Below, piece after piece: positions 44,528 through 53,082 of a stretch of DNA of 54,077 nucleotides. A program made the translations under genes and the position numbers. The notes beneath the pieces were generated by a model. It saw nothing but the letters and a program-made list of their open reading frames with translations, searched no databases and was not told the DNA's origin. Numbering within the stretch: the stretch's first letter is position 1; every line of letters begins with the position of its first letter. The stretch is taken from NCBI GenBank assembly GCA_018700535.1, contig JABITQ010000072.1:1-54077 (forward strand), given 5' to 3'. This DNA is from Candidatus Uhrbacteria bacterium. Lineage in GTDB: Bacteria > Patescibacteriota > Patescibacteriia > UBA9934 > GWF2-40-263.

Positions 44528-45660
44528 AGCAGTCACTTTATAATCACCAGCGTAGTTGATGATCATTTGGGTGACGTTTCCAACGGGGAGGTGGTACGGC
44601 CACGAGGACTTCATCGGTCTGTTGCCAGACATCGTCCATCGCAGCTCGACACCAAACCTCTTACCGTTCCTCTGACTGAACTAGGCTTGTAGGCTTCGTT
44701 CGCTGGTTTTCAATGTTCCCAGGGCGGTCGGGCAACGATGAATTGCCATCTGGCCTGTGGGGCTACGTTTCCTTTCGGTTGCGTTCCATCTATAACGAGC
44801 AGTCTTTTTGAGGTTCACAGGGTGCCTCAGTTGCATTGCCAAGGTTTCATTTCTGCTACCTTGTTCGGGTCGTGAGAGGTGGTCCCTCGATCCGTGTGCA
44901 TTGCGTCTGTTTCACGCTTGGCATCAGGTTTGCACTTGATGTTCAAGGTCTGTGAAAGAAGCGTACAGCATTCTTTCGTTTGCTGTGCTGTGAGCTTGTC
45001 TATTGGATAGATGTCGCTCGGGTTAACCCTTCTTCAAGTTGTCTCTCGACGCATTTCAGGGTGGGGTTGGTTGTTCGGTTGCTTTTGACCATTTGACGTA
45101 CTTTGAAACGTTAGCTTCATTGGTGCCAAGGCTCCAAATCCACCCTTTTCGGGAATCGTTTCTTTCAAATGCGATCGTGTCTTTTTGGTTGTGCAAGCAC
45201 AGCTTTCAATGTGGCGATCTGGTGAGCTCTATTCAACGCTACCGATGCAGCGTGTCTTTTTACTCGCTCAGGCTTTGGTTGTGTTCCCCGTTGGGACCAC
45301 GTCTTTGAGCTTGAGTTGATTGAGTTTTGTCGCCAGTGTGTCGGCAATTTATTCAATCGTGTCCGTTTTACCGAACGAGCGTTAGTTTCGACTCGATGCG
45401 ATCAGCGTGTTTGCACCGAAGTGCGCACGTGCCATTCATCTCGTCTCGTAAACGTTTCGCCCATTCCATTCGCTGTTGCGTTCACCTTGCGGATTCTGCT
45501 TTTGCGTTTGGTCGACGTTCGTCTTTTGCATTATCGATTCAACTTTCGTCCGAACCGTCCTGCTAAGATGTTGGTCTTTCAGGTTTAGCTTGCGCTGCAC
45601 CCTGGGTCTCATGTTGCGTTGCCGAAGCTCTGCGTCACTCGAACGTGATGACTATGCTAT
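44483..45660 (-). ncRNA. candidate large (~1.17 kb) structured non-coding RNA, family not recognised
   Basis: It is bounded by its own promoter and terminator and has no protein-like ORF. The transcript would be A-rich and U-poor. Multiple GNRA/GAAA-capped hairpins and a pseudoknot-like arrangement can be read by eye. Confidence 0.45.
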
Positions 45661-45681
45661 CAGGAAATAATATTGTGTCAA
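45654..45681 (-). promoter_or_regulatory. sigma70-like promoter (TTGACA-16-TAGCAT; alternative TTGATA-18-TATTAT)
   Basis: The -35 is at 45676-45681 and the -10 at 45654-45659. The alternative uses a -35 at 45691-45696 and a -10 at 45667-45672. Confidence 0.5.
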
Positions 45682-45720
45682 CAGCTGGTTTATCAACAAA
45701 ACTATTAGTTATCCACAGAA

Positions 45721-45752
45721 ACAAAAAACCATTCGCGTGTTTGCGGATGGTT
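45721..45752 (-). terminator. intrinsic terminator of the nucleotidyltransferase gene
   Basis: AACCATCCGC..GCGAATGGTT hairpin followed by TTTTTTGTTTC on the minus strand. Confidence 0.7.
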
Positions 45753-46411
45753 TATGCAGTGAGTGCACGTGCTGCCTCTAGCTGATTGTGCGTACCAACT
45801 TGGTGCCAGTGTGTTGCTTGGACCATTTGGATTTGTACTTTGCGACTAATGCGCTCGAGTGTTTGTGGCAAACCAAGTTCGGTATGGTCGCCTACATATA
45901 TCTGCACAGGATCTTGTTCGAACAATGTTGTTCCAAGGACATAGGCACCGCAGACCGCTGTGGAGCCTGGTCCAAGTTGGATGAAACAATCATCGAGATT
46001 GCTAAGTGCAGCAAACGTGAGTGATCGATCGACTTCGTGAACGAGCATAGACCATTCGTGTTTGATGAGTTGCTCAAGGTCGTCTTGTGTGTACAGATCG
46101 TCTGCATTGATGACCAAAAACTTATCGTGCAGATGTTCCTGTGCCAACCAGAGCGCTCCAGCCGTTCCATTCAGTGGTTCTTGTACCAAGTACCGAATTG
46201 GGATCCCATTCCACGCATCACCAAGCTGTTCGATGATTTGTTCACGCAAGTGGTTTACGATAACAATCAACTCATCGATCGCGCTTGGGAGTGCATCGAG
46301 AACATGTTCGATAAGTGGCTTTTCCCCAACAGCAATGAGGGGTTTGGGTGTTGAGATTGTAAGTGGGTGCAGGCGTGTGCCTTTGCCTGCAGCAAGGATG
46401 ACAGCTTGCAT
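45752..46411 (-). CDS. sugar-phosphate nucleotidyltransferase (NTP_transferase family)
   Basis: N-terminal signature AVILAAGKGTRLHPLTISTPKPL and a GlmU/RmlA-like fold length (219 aa). Confidence 0.8.
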   Translation of the reverse strand: MQAVILAAGKGTRLHPLTISTPKPLIAVGEKPLIEHVLDALPSAIDELIVIVNHLREQIIEQLGDAWNGIPIRYLVQEPLNGTAGALWLAQEHLHDKFLVINADDLYTQDDLEQLIKHEWSMLVHEVDRSLTFAALSNLDDCFIQLGPGSTAVCGAYVLGTTLFEQDPVQIYVGDHTELGLPQTLERISRKVQIQMVQATHWHQVGTHNQLEAARALTA

Positions 46412-46414
46412 AGC

Positions 46415-47488
46415 TTAGTTGATCTCTGAGAGTTTCTCTTCCATCTCAGCTCCTTTAAGGTCGTCAATGAGTGGTTGGAGTTCGCCGGTAAGAACGCCAG
46501 CGATGTTGTGGTAGCTCTTTTTAATGCGATGGTCTGTAATACGATCTTGTGGAAAGTTGTAGGTGCGGATTTTTTCAGATCTGCTTCCAGTTCCAATTTG
46601 CCCACGTCGCGCATCTTCTCTTTCTTTGCGAGCTTTTTCGCGTTCCATATCGTAAATACGTGCACGCATAATAGAAAGTGCTCGCTCCTTGTTTTGCTTT
46701 TGTGAGCGCTCCTCCTGACAGTATACGATCATTCCAGTTGGGATGTGGATGATGCGGATGGCTGAGTAGGTTGTGTTTACGCTCTGTCCACCAGCACCGG
46801 TTGAGGTGGTGGCTTCGATTGTTAAATCTTTCATGTCGAGTTGAACGTCGACCTCTTCTGCTTCTGGTAGTACGGCAACCGTGATGGTTGAAGTATGAAT
46901 GCGTCCTTGCTTTTCTGTCTCAGGAACACGTTGCACACGATGTACTCCAGATTCAAATTTCAAATTACTAAAAACGTTTGATCCTTTGATACCAAACGAA
47001 ACTTCTTTAAACCCACCAACATCGTTGCGACTTGCACCGATCAGTTCCATCTTCCATCCTTGTCCTTCTGCAAACAACTGGTACATGCGCATTAGCTCAG
47101 CTGCAAACAAGGATGCTTCGTCGCCACCAGCTCCTGCGCGAATTTCAACAATGATGTTTTTCTTATCCATTGGGTCTGGGGGGATAAGAGCGAACGTGAG
47201 TTCTTGCTCAAGTGCAGGGATTGTTTTTTCAAGTTCGTCGATTTCTTCTTGCGCAAGCTCTTTCATCTCATCGTCCTCTGCCTCAACGAGTGTGGAGCGT
47301 GCTCCTTCGAGGTCTGTTGAAGCTTTTTCGTAGCGTTCGCCAATTTCAACAATCGCTCGTTCAGCCGCATAAGCTTCGTTTAGTTCACGAAGTTTTTTGG
47401 TATCAGAAAGCAACTCGGGATCCATGAGAGAGGACTCGAGTTCTTTTAAGCGAGTTTTGTGAGCGTTGAATTGGGTGAGTAGATTCAT
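46415..47488 (-). CDS. prfA: peptide chain release factor 1
   Basis: GGQ motif (GAGGQSVNTT) and RF1-type tripeptide region RVPETE. The ATG at 47488 (MNLLTQF) is preferred over the track start. Confidence 0.93.
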   Translation of the reverse strand: MNLLTQFNAHKTRLKELESSLMDPELLSDTKKLRELNEAYAAERAIVEIGERYEKASTDLEGARSTLVEAEDDEMKELAQEEIDELEKTIPALEQELTFALIPPDPMDKKNIIVEIRAGAGGDEASLFAAELMRMYQLFAEGQGWKMELIGASRNDVGGFKEVSFGIKGSNVFSNLKFESGVHRVQRVPETEKQGRIHTSTITVAVLPEAEEVDVQLDMKDLTIEATTSTGAGGQSVNTTYSAIRIIHIPTGMIVYCQEERSQKQNKERALSIMRARIYDMEREKARKEREDARRGQIGTGSRSEKIRTYNFPQDRITDHRIKKSYHNIAGVLTGELQPLIDDLKGAEMEEKLSEIN

Positions 47489-47494
47489 ATGGAT

Positions 47495-47522
47495 ACAAAA
47501 AGCGTCCAATCGAAAGGACGCT
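47495..47522 (-). terminator. intrinsic terminator-like hairpin after rpmE, abutting the prfA start
   Basis: AGCGTCC..GGACGCT hairpin plus TTTTT. The U-run ends 8 nt before the prfA ATG. Confidence 0.6.
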
Positions 47523-47535
47523 TTTCATTATACCG

Positions 47536-47826
47536 TTAAGCTGCTTTTTCTGCTTCCTCACGCTTTGCTTTCTTTTCAGCATCACGCTTTGCATGCTTTT
47601 CTTTCTTCCCAGTAATCGCTTCTGATTTCTTTGTAAGGCGAGTCTGGAACTTCTCAACACGACGAGCTGTATCGATGATCTTCTGCTTACCAGTGTAGAA
47701 CGGGTGACACTTGTGGCAGAGCTCGATGCTGATCTCTTTTAGTGTTGAACCAATGGTGACCTTTTCTCCACAGGCGCAAGAGATCTTGCTGTCGGTAAAA
47801 TATTCTGGGTGGATTTCTTTTTTCAT
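47536..47826 (-). CDS. rpmE: 50S ribosomal protein L31 with Lys-rich C-terminal extension
   Basis: MKKEIHPEY start, a Cys pair (CAC..CHKCHPFYTG), and an extended basic tail. Confidence 0.9.
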   Translation of the reverse strand: MKKEIHPEYFTDSKISCACGEKVTIGSTLKEISIELCHKCHPFYTGKQKIIDTARRVEKFQTRLTKKSEAITGKKEKHAKRDAEKKAKREEAEKAA

Positions 47827-47865
47827 ATGGTTTCCACGCTTAATACGTGTACTTATTACGGCGGG

Positions 47866-47894
47866 AGAATAGCAATATGGTTTGATTGTGTCAA
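47866..47894 (-). promoter_or_regulatory. sigma70-like promoter (TTGACA-17-TATTCT) of rpmE
   Basis: The -35 is at 47889-47894 and the -10 at 47866-47871. Confidence 0.55.
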
Positions 47895-47915
47895 TAGGCT
47901 GAACTGAATCTTTTA

Positions 47916-47944
47916 TTGACCAAAATCAAGCTTTATCCTATACT
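47916..47944 (+). promoter_or_regulatory. sigma70-like promoter (TTGACC-17-TATACT) of rpsB-tsf
   Basis: The -35 is at 47916-47921 and the -10 at 47939-47944. A leader of about 100 nt precedes rpsB. Confidence 0.6.
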
Positions 47945-48043
47945 CGCGCACATAATAAATCTACACAGATGGATAGAACAGACGACCGGATCCTCCCTAT
48001 ATAATGGGCCCGGCGCTGCCATCGAAGTCTAAAAAGGAAACTT

Positions 48044-48775
48044 ATGCCAAAGATCCCATCATTGGTCGACATGCTCCAAGCGGGCATGCATTTCGGTCAT
48101 CGCACATCCCGCTGGCATCCTAAGATGCGAGAATACATCTTCGGAGCACGTTCAGGAGTACACATTATTAACCTAGAGGCGACTCAGAAGCAGCTTGAAG
48201 AAGCGCTTGAGTTTTTGAAGGGTATTGCTGCTCGTGGTGGTGTTATCATGTTTGTTGGTACAAAGACACAGGCAAAGGGCTTGGTTAAAAAGTACGCAGA
48301 AGCATGTGGAATGCCATACGTTACTGAGCGTTGGCTCGGTGGAACACTTACAAACTTTAAACAGATTCGTGAGACACTTAAGCGTTTGAAAAAGCTTAAG
48401 GATCAGCGTGACAAGGGTGAGCTTCGTAAGTACACCAAGAAAGAGCAGCTCATGATCACTCGTGATATCGAGGAGATGGAGCACAAGATTGGTGGTATTC
48501 AAAATGTTACACGTGTTCCTGAAGCGATCTTTGTTGTCGATGTCCGCACAGAAAAAACAGCGATTGCTGAAGCGAACACGATCAACACAAAAGTGGTTGC
48601 AATGTGTGACACAAACGTGAACCCATCAAAGGTTCATAAAGTTATTCCTGCGAACGATGACGCTGTGAAGTCAATTGAGATGGTTCTCAAGCTTGTGACT
48701 GACGCGATCAAAGAAGGAAAGGCTGGCGCTGCACAGGTGGCAGCAAGCAGAGCAAAAGTAGTAGTCAAAAAATAA
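48044..48775 (+). CDS. rpsB: 30S ribosomal protein S2
   Basis: Recognisable S2 sequence (LLQAGMHFGHRTSRWHPKM). Confidence 0.95.
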   Translation: MPKIPSLVDMLQAGMHFGHRTSRWHPKMREYIFGARSGVHIINLEATQKQLEEALEFLKGIAARGGVIMFVGTKTQAKGLVKKYAEACGMPYVTERWLGGTLTNFKQIRETLKRLKKLKDQRDKGELRKYTKKEQLMITRDIEEMEHKIGGIQNVTRVPEAIFVVDVRTEKTAIAEANTINTKVVAMCDTNVNPSKVHKVIPANDDAVKSIEMVLKLVTDAIKEGKAGAAQVAASRAKVVVKK

Positions 48776-48796
48776 AAATTTACAACAAAACACACT

Positions 48797-49384
48797 ATGG
48801 CAATTGATGCCAAACTTGTTGCTGAGCTTCGTGCACAAACCGGAGCTGGTATGATGGACGCAAAGAAAGCACTTGAAGAGAGTGGGGGAGATCTTGAAAA
48901 AGCTTCTGAGCTACTTCGTGAGAGAGGTGCTGCGAAGGCTGCTAAAAAAGCAGACCGTGCGACCAACGAAGGTCGTGTGCACGCTTACCTTCACTCAACA
49001 GGAAAGTTAGGAGCAATGGTAGAGGTATTGTGTGAGACAGATTTTGTCGCGCGCAACGAAGCGTTCATCGAGTTCTGTAACGACCTTGCAGTTCACGTGA
49101 GCGCATCAGAACCTCTCTTCCTCAATCGTGAGGATGTCCCAGCAGACATGGTTGAGAAAGAAAAGGGATTGTTTGTTCGCGAGATGGAAGCACAAGGAAA
49201 ACCTGCAGACGTTATCGAGAAGATTGTCGAGGGTAAAATGAACAAGTGGTACGGAGAAATTTGTTTGATGGAGCAACGCTTTATCAAGGACGAAGATCTC
49301 ACGATCGCAGATTTTGTTCAGCGCAAGATTGCTTCTCTTGGAGAGAACATGCAACTTCGGCGCTTTGCACGATTCAATATCTAG
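48797..49384 (+). CDS. tsf: elongation factor Ts (short form)
   Basis: UBA-like N-terminus (VAELRAQTGAGMMDAKKALEE) and the conserved rpsB-tsf order. Confidence 0.92.
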   Translation: MAIDAKLVAELRAQTGAGMMDAKKALEESGGDLEKASELLRERGAAKAAKKADRATNEGRVHAYLHSTGKLGAMVEVLCETDFVARNEAFIEFCNDLAVHVSASEPLFLNREDVPADMVEKEKGLFVREMEAQGKPADVIEKIVEGKMNKWYGEICLMEQRFIKDEDLTIADFVQRKIASLGENMQLRRFARFNI

Positions 49385-49389
49385 AGTTT

Positions 49390-49420
49390 AAAAAAGACAG
49401 GCCACGTGCCTGTCTTTTGG
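49390..49420 (+). terminator. intrinsic terminator
   Basis: AGACAGGC-CACGT-GCCTGTCT hairpin followed by TTTTGGTTT. Confidence 0.75.
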
Positions 49421-49442
49421 TTTGGTGGTAAAATACAGACCT

Positions 49443-50444
49443 ATGATACGAGTTGCTATTAACGGGTTTGGCCGCATAGGCCGCACAACTTTACGCGCAG
49501 GTCTTGGGCGCAAGGGGATTCGCTTTGTTGCGATTAATGATTTGAGTGATCCCAAGTCGCTTGCTTACTTGTTAAAGCACGATTCTGTCTTTCGTACGCT
49601 TGGTGTGTCTGTGAAGGCTGGAAAAGATTTTATCCAGGTTGGGAAACAGAAGATCCCTGTTTATTCTGAAAAAGATCCATCGAAGCTTCCGTGGGCAAAG
49701 CACAAGGTTGATGTCGTTATTGAGTCAACAGGATTTTTCCGCAAGGAGGCGGATGCGCAAAAGCACATTGATGCTGGTGCGCGAAAGGTTGTTATCTCTG
49801 CTCCGTCTGAAGACGCGCCAACGTTTTTGATGGGGGTAAACCACAAGGTGTGTAAGCGTAATCAGAATGTTGTAAGTAATGCATCGTGTACAACCAACTC
49901 GGTTGCACCGGTCGCACAAATCCTTGACGAAGCTTTTGGAATTAAAAAAGCGATGCTGACAACGATTCACTCCGTAACTGCACAACAGAACATTGTTGAT
50001 GGATTGCCTCGTGGAAAAGATTTGAGACGTGGTCGTTCAGCACTCATCAACATGATCCCTACAACAACAGGTGCAGCTGTAGCAACAACGCAGGCTATGC
50101 CGCAGCTTAAAAATAAGTTTGATGGGATTGCTGTGCGTGTGCCATCCATTGATGTGTCGTTAACTGACTTTACGTTTGTCTTAAAAAAGAAGACTACGCG
50201 TGAAGAGATTAATGCGTTGTTTTCAAAGTCTGCGAAGAGTGGTCGTTGGAAAGGAATTCTTGGTGTCACTGATGAGCCATTGGTTTCATCAGACATGATT
50301 GGTAGTCCTTATGGTGCGATGGTGGACCTTGGTATGACACGTGTTGTCGATGGTGATCTTGTAAAAGTCCTCTCGTGGTACGACAACGAGTGGGGGTATA
50401 CGCAGCAATTACTTTCTTTGGCTGAGTATGTAGCTAAACTCTAG
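49443..50444 (+). CDS. gap: glyceraldehyde-3-phosphate dehydrogenase
   Basis: INGFGRIGR NAD motif and the active site SNASCTTN. ATG at 49443. Confidence 0.93.
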   Translation: MIRVAINGFGRIGRTTLRAGLGRKGIRFVAINDLSDPKSLAYLLKHDSVFRTLGVSVKAGKDFIQVGKQKIPVYSEKDPSKLPWAKHKVDVVIESTGFFRKEADAQKHIDAGARKVVISAPSEDAPTFLMGVNHKVCKRNQNVVSNASCTTNSVAPVAQILDEAFGIKKAMLTTIHSVTAQQNIVDGLPRGKDLRRGRSALINMIPTTTGAAVATTQAMPQLKNKFDGIAVRVPSIDVSLTDFTFVLKKKTTREEINALFSKSAKSGRWKGILGVTDEPLVSSDMIGSPYGAMVDLGMTRVVDGDLVKVLSWYDNEWGYTQQLLSLAEYVAKL

Positions 50445-50446
50445 GT

Positions 50447-51352
50447 ATGTGGTGGATTTTTGATGTCCTTACGTTTTTCTTTCTTATCACCGTTGCAGTT
50501 TTTTTGATCGAGTTGCATTCGGGGTGGGGAAAACAAAAATACAAAAAGACTATGATGGCAATCGCCATCATTTTGGGTTTAGGTTGGCTTACTGTTTTTT
50601 ATGGATCATTTATTGAGCCAAAGATTCTTGTGGTGCGAGAAAGTGCGATTGAGCTCTCAAGCGAACCAACGGAGCAGCTTCGTGTTGCTGTGGTGGCTGA
50701 TTTTCATGTGGGTCCATACAAAGGTGAACGCTGGGTGCGGCAAGTTGTTGATCGAGTGATGGCTCTTGAGGCCGACCTAATTATCATGCCTGGTGATTTT
50801 ATTTTTAGAATCAAAGATGAAGTTGAGATGCTTGCTCCGATTAAAGACCTCAGTGCACCCTTTGGTGTCTGGGCTGTGACAGGAAACCATGATTACGAGG
50901 ATGATGCATCGCGCGTTGTTGTTGAAACACTTGAGAGTTATGGAGTGGTAGTACTTGAGAACGAGCGTGAGCGTATTGCTGTGGGGGAGAGCGAGGTTGT
51001 TATTGCTGGTGTCTCTGACATTTGGTACGAGGGTGATGTTGAGCGCACGTTGGTTGGTCTTGAAGGTGAAGAGGTGGTTTTGCTTATCTCACACAATCCA
51101 GATGCAGTTTTGCACAAGACTGCAGACCGAGCCGATCTTGTGATAGCAGGGCACACACATGGTGGGCAAATTCGATTGCCGGTTATCGGTGCTGTTCCGC
51201 AGATTCCGACCGAGCTTGGGAATGCGTTTGATAAAGGGTTGTTCAGCTATAACGATCAGCAGTTATTTATTACATCAGGTGTTGGAGAGACTGGGCCGCG
51301 TGCTCGACTATTCAATCCACCAGAAATTAATCTCTTAACAATTTCATTATGA
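50447..51352 (+). CDS. membrane-anchored metallophosphoesterase (YkuE-like)
   Basis: N-terminal TM helices, then the DFHVG, GDF, GNHDYE and GHTHGGQ motifs. Confidence 0.8.
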   Translation: MWWIFDVLTFFFLITVAVFLIELHSGWGKQKYKKTMMAIAIILGLGWLTVFYGSFIEPKILVVRESAIELSSEPTEQLRVAVVADFHVGPYKGERWVRQVVDRVMALEADLIIMPGDFIFRIKDEVEMLAPIKDLSAPFGVWAVTGNHDYEDDASRVVVETLESYGVVVLENERERIAVGESEVVIAGVSDIWYEGDVERTLVGLEGEEVVLLISHNPDAVLHKTADRADLVIAGHTHGGQIRLPVIGAVPQIPTELGNAFDKGLFSYNDQQLFITSGVGETGPRARLFNPPEINLLTISL

Positions 51353-51846
51353 GAAGAAAAACACCGTTCGATCAATTCAACAAAGCATCGTACCCAACTG
51401 GATTTTCAATCATCGCTTTTTTGTTGAGAGTTGTTGTTGGTGCGCTGATGTTTTTGGCTGGGTGGGTTAAGGTTACAACTGATTGGAGTGCTGCTGGTTA
51501 TTTAGAGCATGCGACTGGTCCGTTTGCGAGCTGGTTTCAATCGTTGGCCGGCAATGTGTTTGTTGATCAGTTGAACGCTTGGGGATTATTGTTGATTGGT
51601 GCCGCACTTATTTTGGGATTGTTAGTTCGCACAGCGTCCGGTCTTGGAATTGTTTTGATGCTTCTATATTACTTTGCTGCATTTGAGTCGAACATTGCTC
51701 ATGGATACATTGATGAGCATATTGTTTATGCGTTTGTATTCGCTTTGTTTATCTTTGGTGGCTTCGGTCATATTTGGGGGTTGGACAGTGTAATTGAGCG
51801 ACATATTCCAAACAAAAAGAAGTGGATGCGTGCGCTGTTTGGATAG
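51349..51846 (+). CDS. DoxX-like small membrane protein
   Basis: Four predicted TM helices, with a LLRVVVGALMFLAGWVK start typical of DoxX. ATGA overlap with the upstream gene. Confidence 0.5.
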   Translation: MRRKTPFDQFNKASYPTGFSIIAFLLRVVVGALMFLAGWVKVTTDWSAAGYLEHATGPFASWFQSLAGNVFVDQLNAWGLLLIGAALILGLLVRTASGLGIVLMLLYYFAAFESNIAHGYIDEHIVYAFVFALFIFGGFGHIWGLDSVIERHIPNKKKWMRALFG

Positions 51847-51895
51847 TAGGCCTGTGGACGTTTTTAAAGGGGGAACATGGTAGGATGAAAAAGTT

Positions 51896-53080
51896 ATGAA
51901 GCTTCGAAAGCTAAGGTCAGACATGAAATTAAGGGGCAAGCGAGTGATTGTTCGAATCGACGCAAATGTTCCTATTAAAAACGGTCGTGCAGTAGATGGT
52001 CCTCATGGACGCATCGCTCGATCAGCAGTGCATTTGGATTGGCTATTGCAACGCGGTGCACGCGTTATTGTGCTTACACACTTAGGCCGTCCAAATGGCA
52101 GACGCAGCACGTCGTTATCATTAAAACCTGTTGCCAAGCGGCTTTCAGGTTTGTTGCGTTTTAAAGTGCGGACAACACGTAAGGTTGTTGGTCCTGAGGT
52201 GACACAGGCGGTTGGGCGACTAAAAGACGGAGAGTTGCTTTTGCTTGAGAATGTTCGTTTTGATCGTCGTGAGAGAGAAAACGATCCTGTGTTTGCAGAA
52301 GAGCTTGCTGCGCTGGGTGACCTTTATGTTAACGATGCATTTTCAGTTTGCCATCGTGCGCACGCATCCATTGATGCCATCACAAAATTTCTTCCGTCGT
52401 ATGCGGGTCCTTTGGTTATTGCTGAAGAAAACGGGTTGTCTAAACTTGATCAGAATGTGAAGCGTCCTTTTGTGTTGATTATGGGAGGTTTAAAGATGGA
52501 GACGAAGCTTCCTGTGATTCAGCGTTTTTATAATGAGGTTGATCATGTCTTGATTGCCGGTGCGTTGTCTACAACATTTTTTTCTGCGCTCGGTCATGAG
52601 GTTGGTCGTTCAGCGCATGATGATCACCTGATCGATCTTGCGACAAAGGAGTTAGAGCTCATGAAAGAGAAACTGCTTCTACCTGGTGATGTAGTTGTTT
52701 CAAAATCACTTCGAAAAGATGCGAGACATCACGTGCTTTTGCGTGAGCAGGTTTCTAAATCAGATCGCATTGTTGATATCGGGCCACGCACCGTTCAGCA
52801 TTACATCAGTCTTATTCGAGAGGCGAAGACGATTGTTTGGAATGGGCCGATTGGTTATTGCGAGGTGCCTGCGTTTTGTAAGGCAACAGAAGCAATTGCG
52901 CGTGCAATTGCAGACCGTACTGGAAAAGCCACAACAATTGTTGGTGGAGGAGACACTGGCCCCGTGCTTGAGTCGTTAGGTATCGCAGATAAATTTACTC
53001 ATTTATCCACTGGAGGAGGTGCAATGCTTGAGTTTATGGCTGGCAAAAAACTCCCTGGATTAGAAGCTCTTAAGCAATAG
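51896..53080 (+). CDS. pgk: phosphoglycerate kinase
   Basis: The RVDANVP, LTHLGRP and GGGDT segments are present, and the length (394 aa) fits PGK. Confidence 0.93.
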   Translation: MKLRKLRSDMKLRGKRVIVRIDANVPIKNGRAVDGPHGRIARSAVHLDWLLQRGARVIVLTHLGRPNGRRSTSLSLKPVAKRLSGLLRFKVRTTRKVVGPEVTQAVGRLKDGELLLLENVRFDRRERENDPVFAEELAALGDLYVNDAFSVCHRAHASIDAITKFLPSYAGPLVIAEENGLSKLDQNVKRPFVLIMGGLKMETKLPVIQRFYNEVDHVLIAGALSTTFFSALGHEVGRSAHDDHLIDLATKELELMKEKLLLPGDVVVSKSLRKDARHHVLLREQVSKSDRIVDIGPRTVQHYISLIREAKTIVWNGPIGYCEVPAFCKATEAIARAIADRTGKATTIVGGGDTGPVLESLGIADKFTHLSTGGGAMLEFMAGKKLPGLEALKQ

Positions 53081-53082
53081 AT

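Noticed and set aside
45039-45670. Four + strand ORFs (64-90 aa), one minus-strand 63-aa ORF, and a 58-codon minus-strand frame (MRPRVQRKLNLKDQ...) inside the candidate ncRNA region
   Set aside because: The + frames overlap one another and are Cys/Phe/Arg/Ser-rich, as expected simply from the scarcity of A (few stop codons). None has an SD or a recognisable motif. A small protein cannot be formally excluded without RNAcode or Ribo-seq.
45690-45717. DnaA boxes as evidence for oriC
   Set aside because: There are only two boxes, with no AT-rich unwinding element and no dnaA or dnaN nearby. I kept this only as a possible regulatory site.
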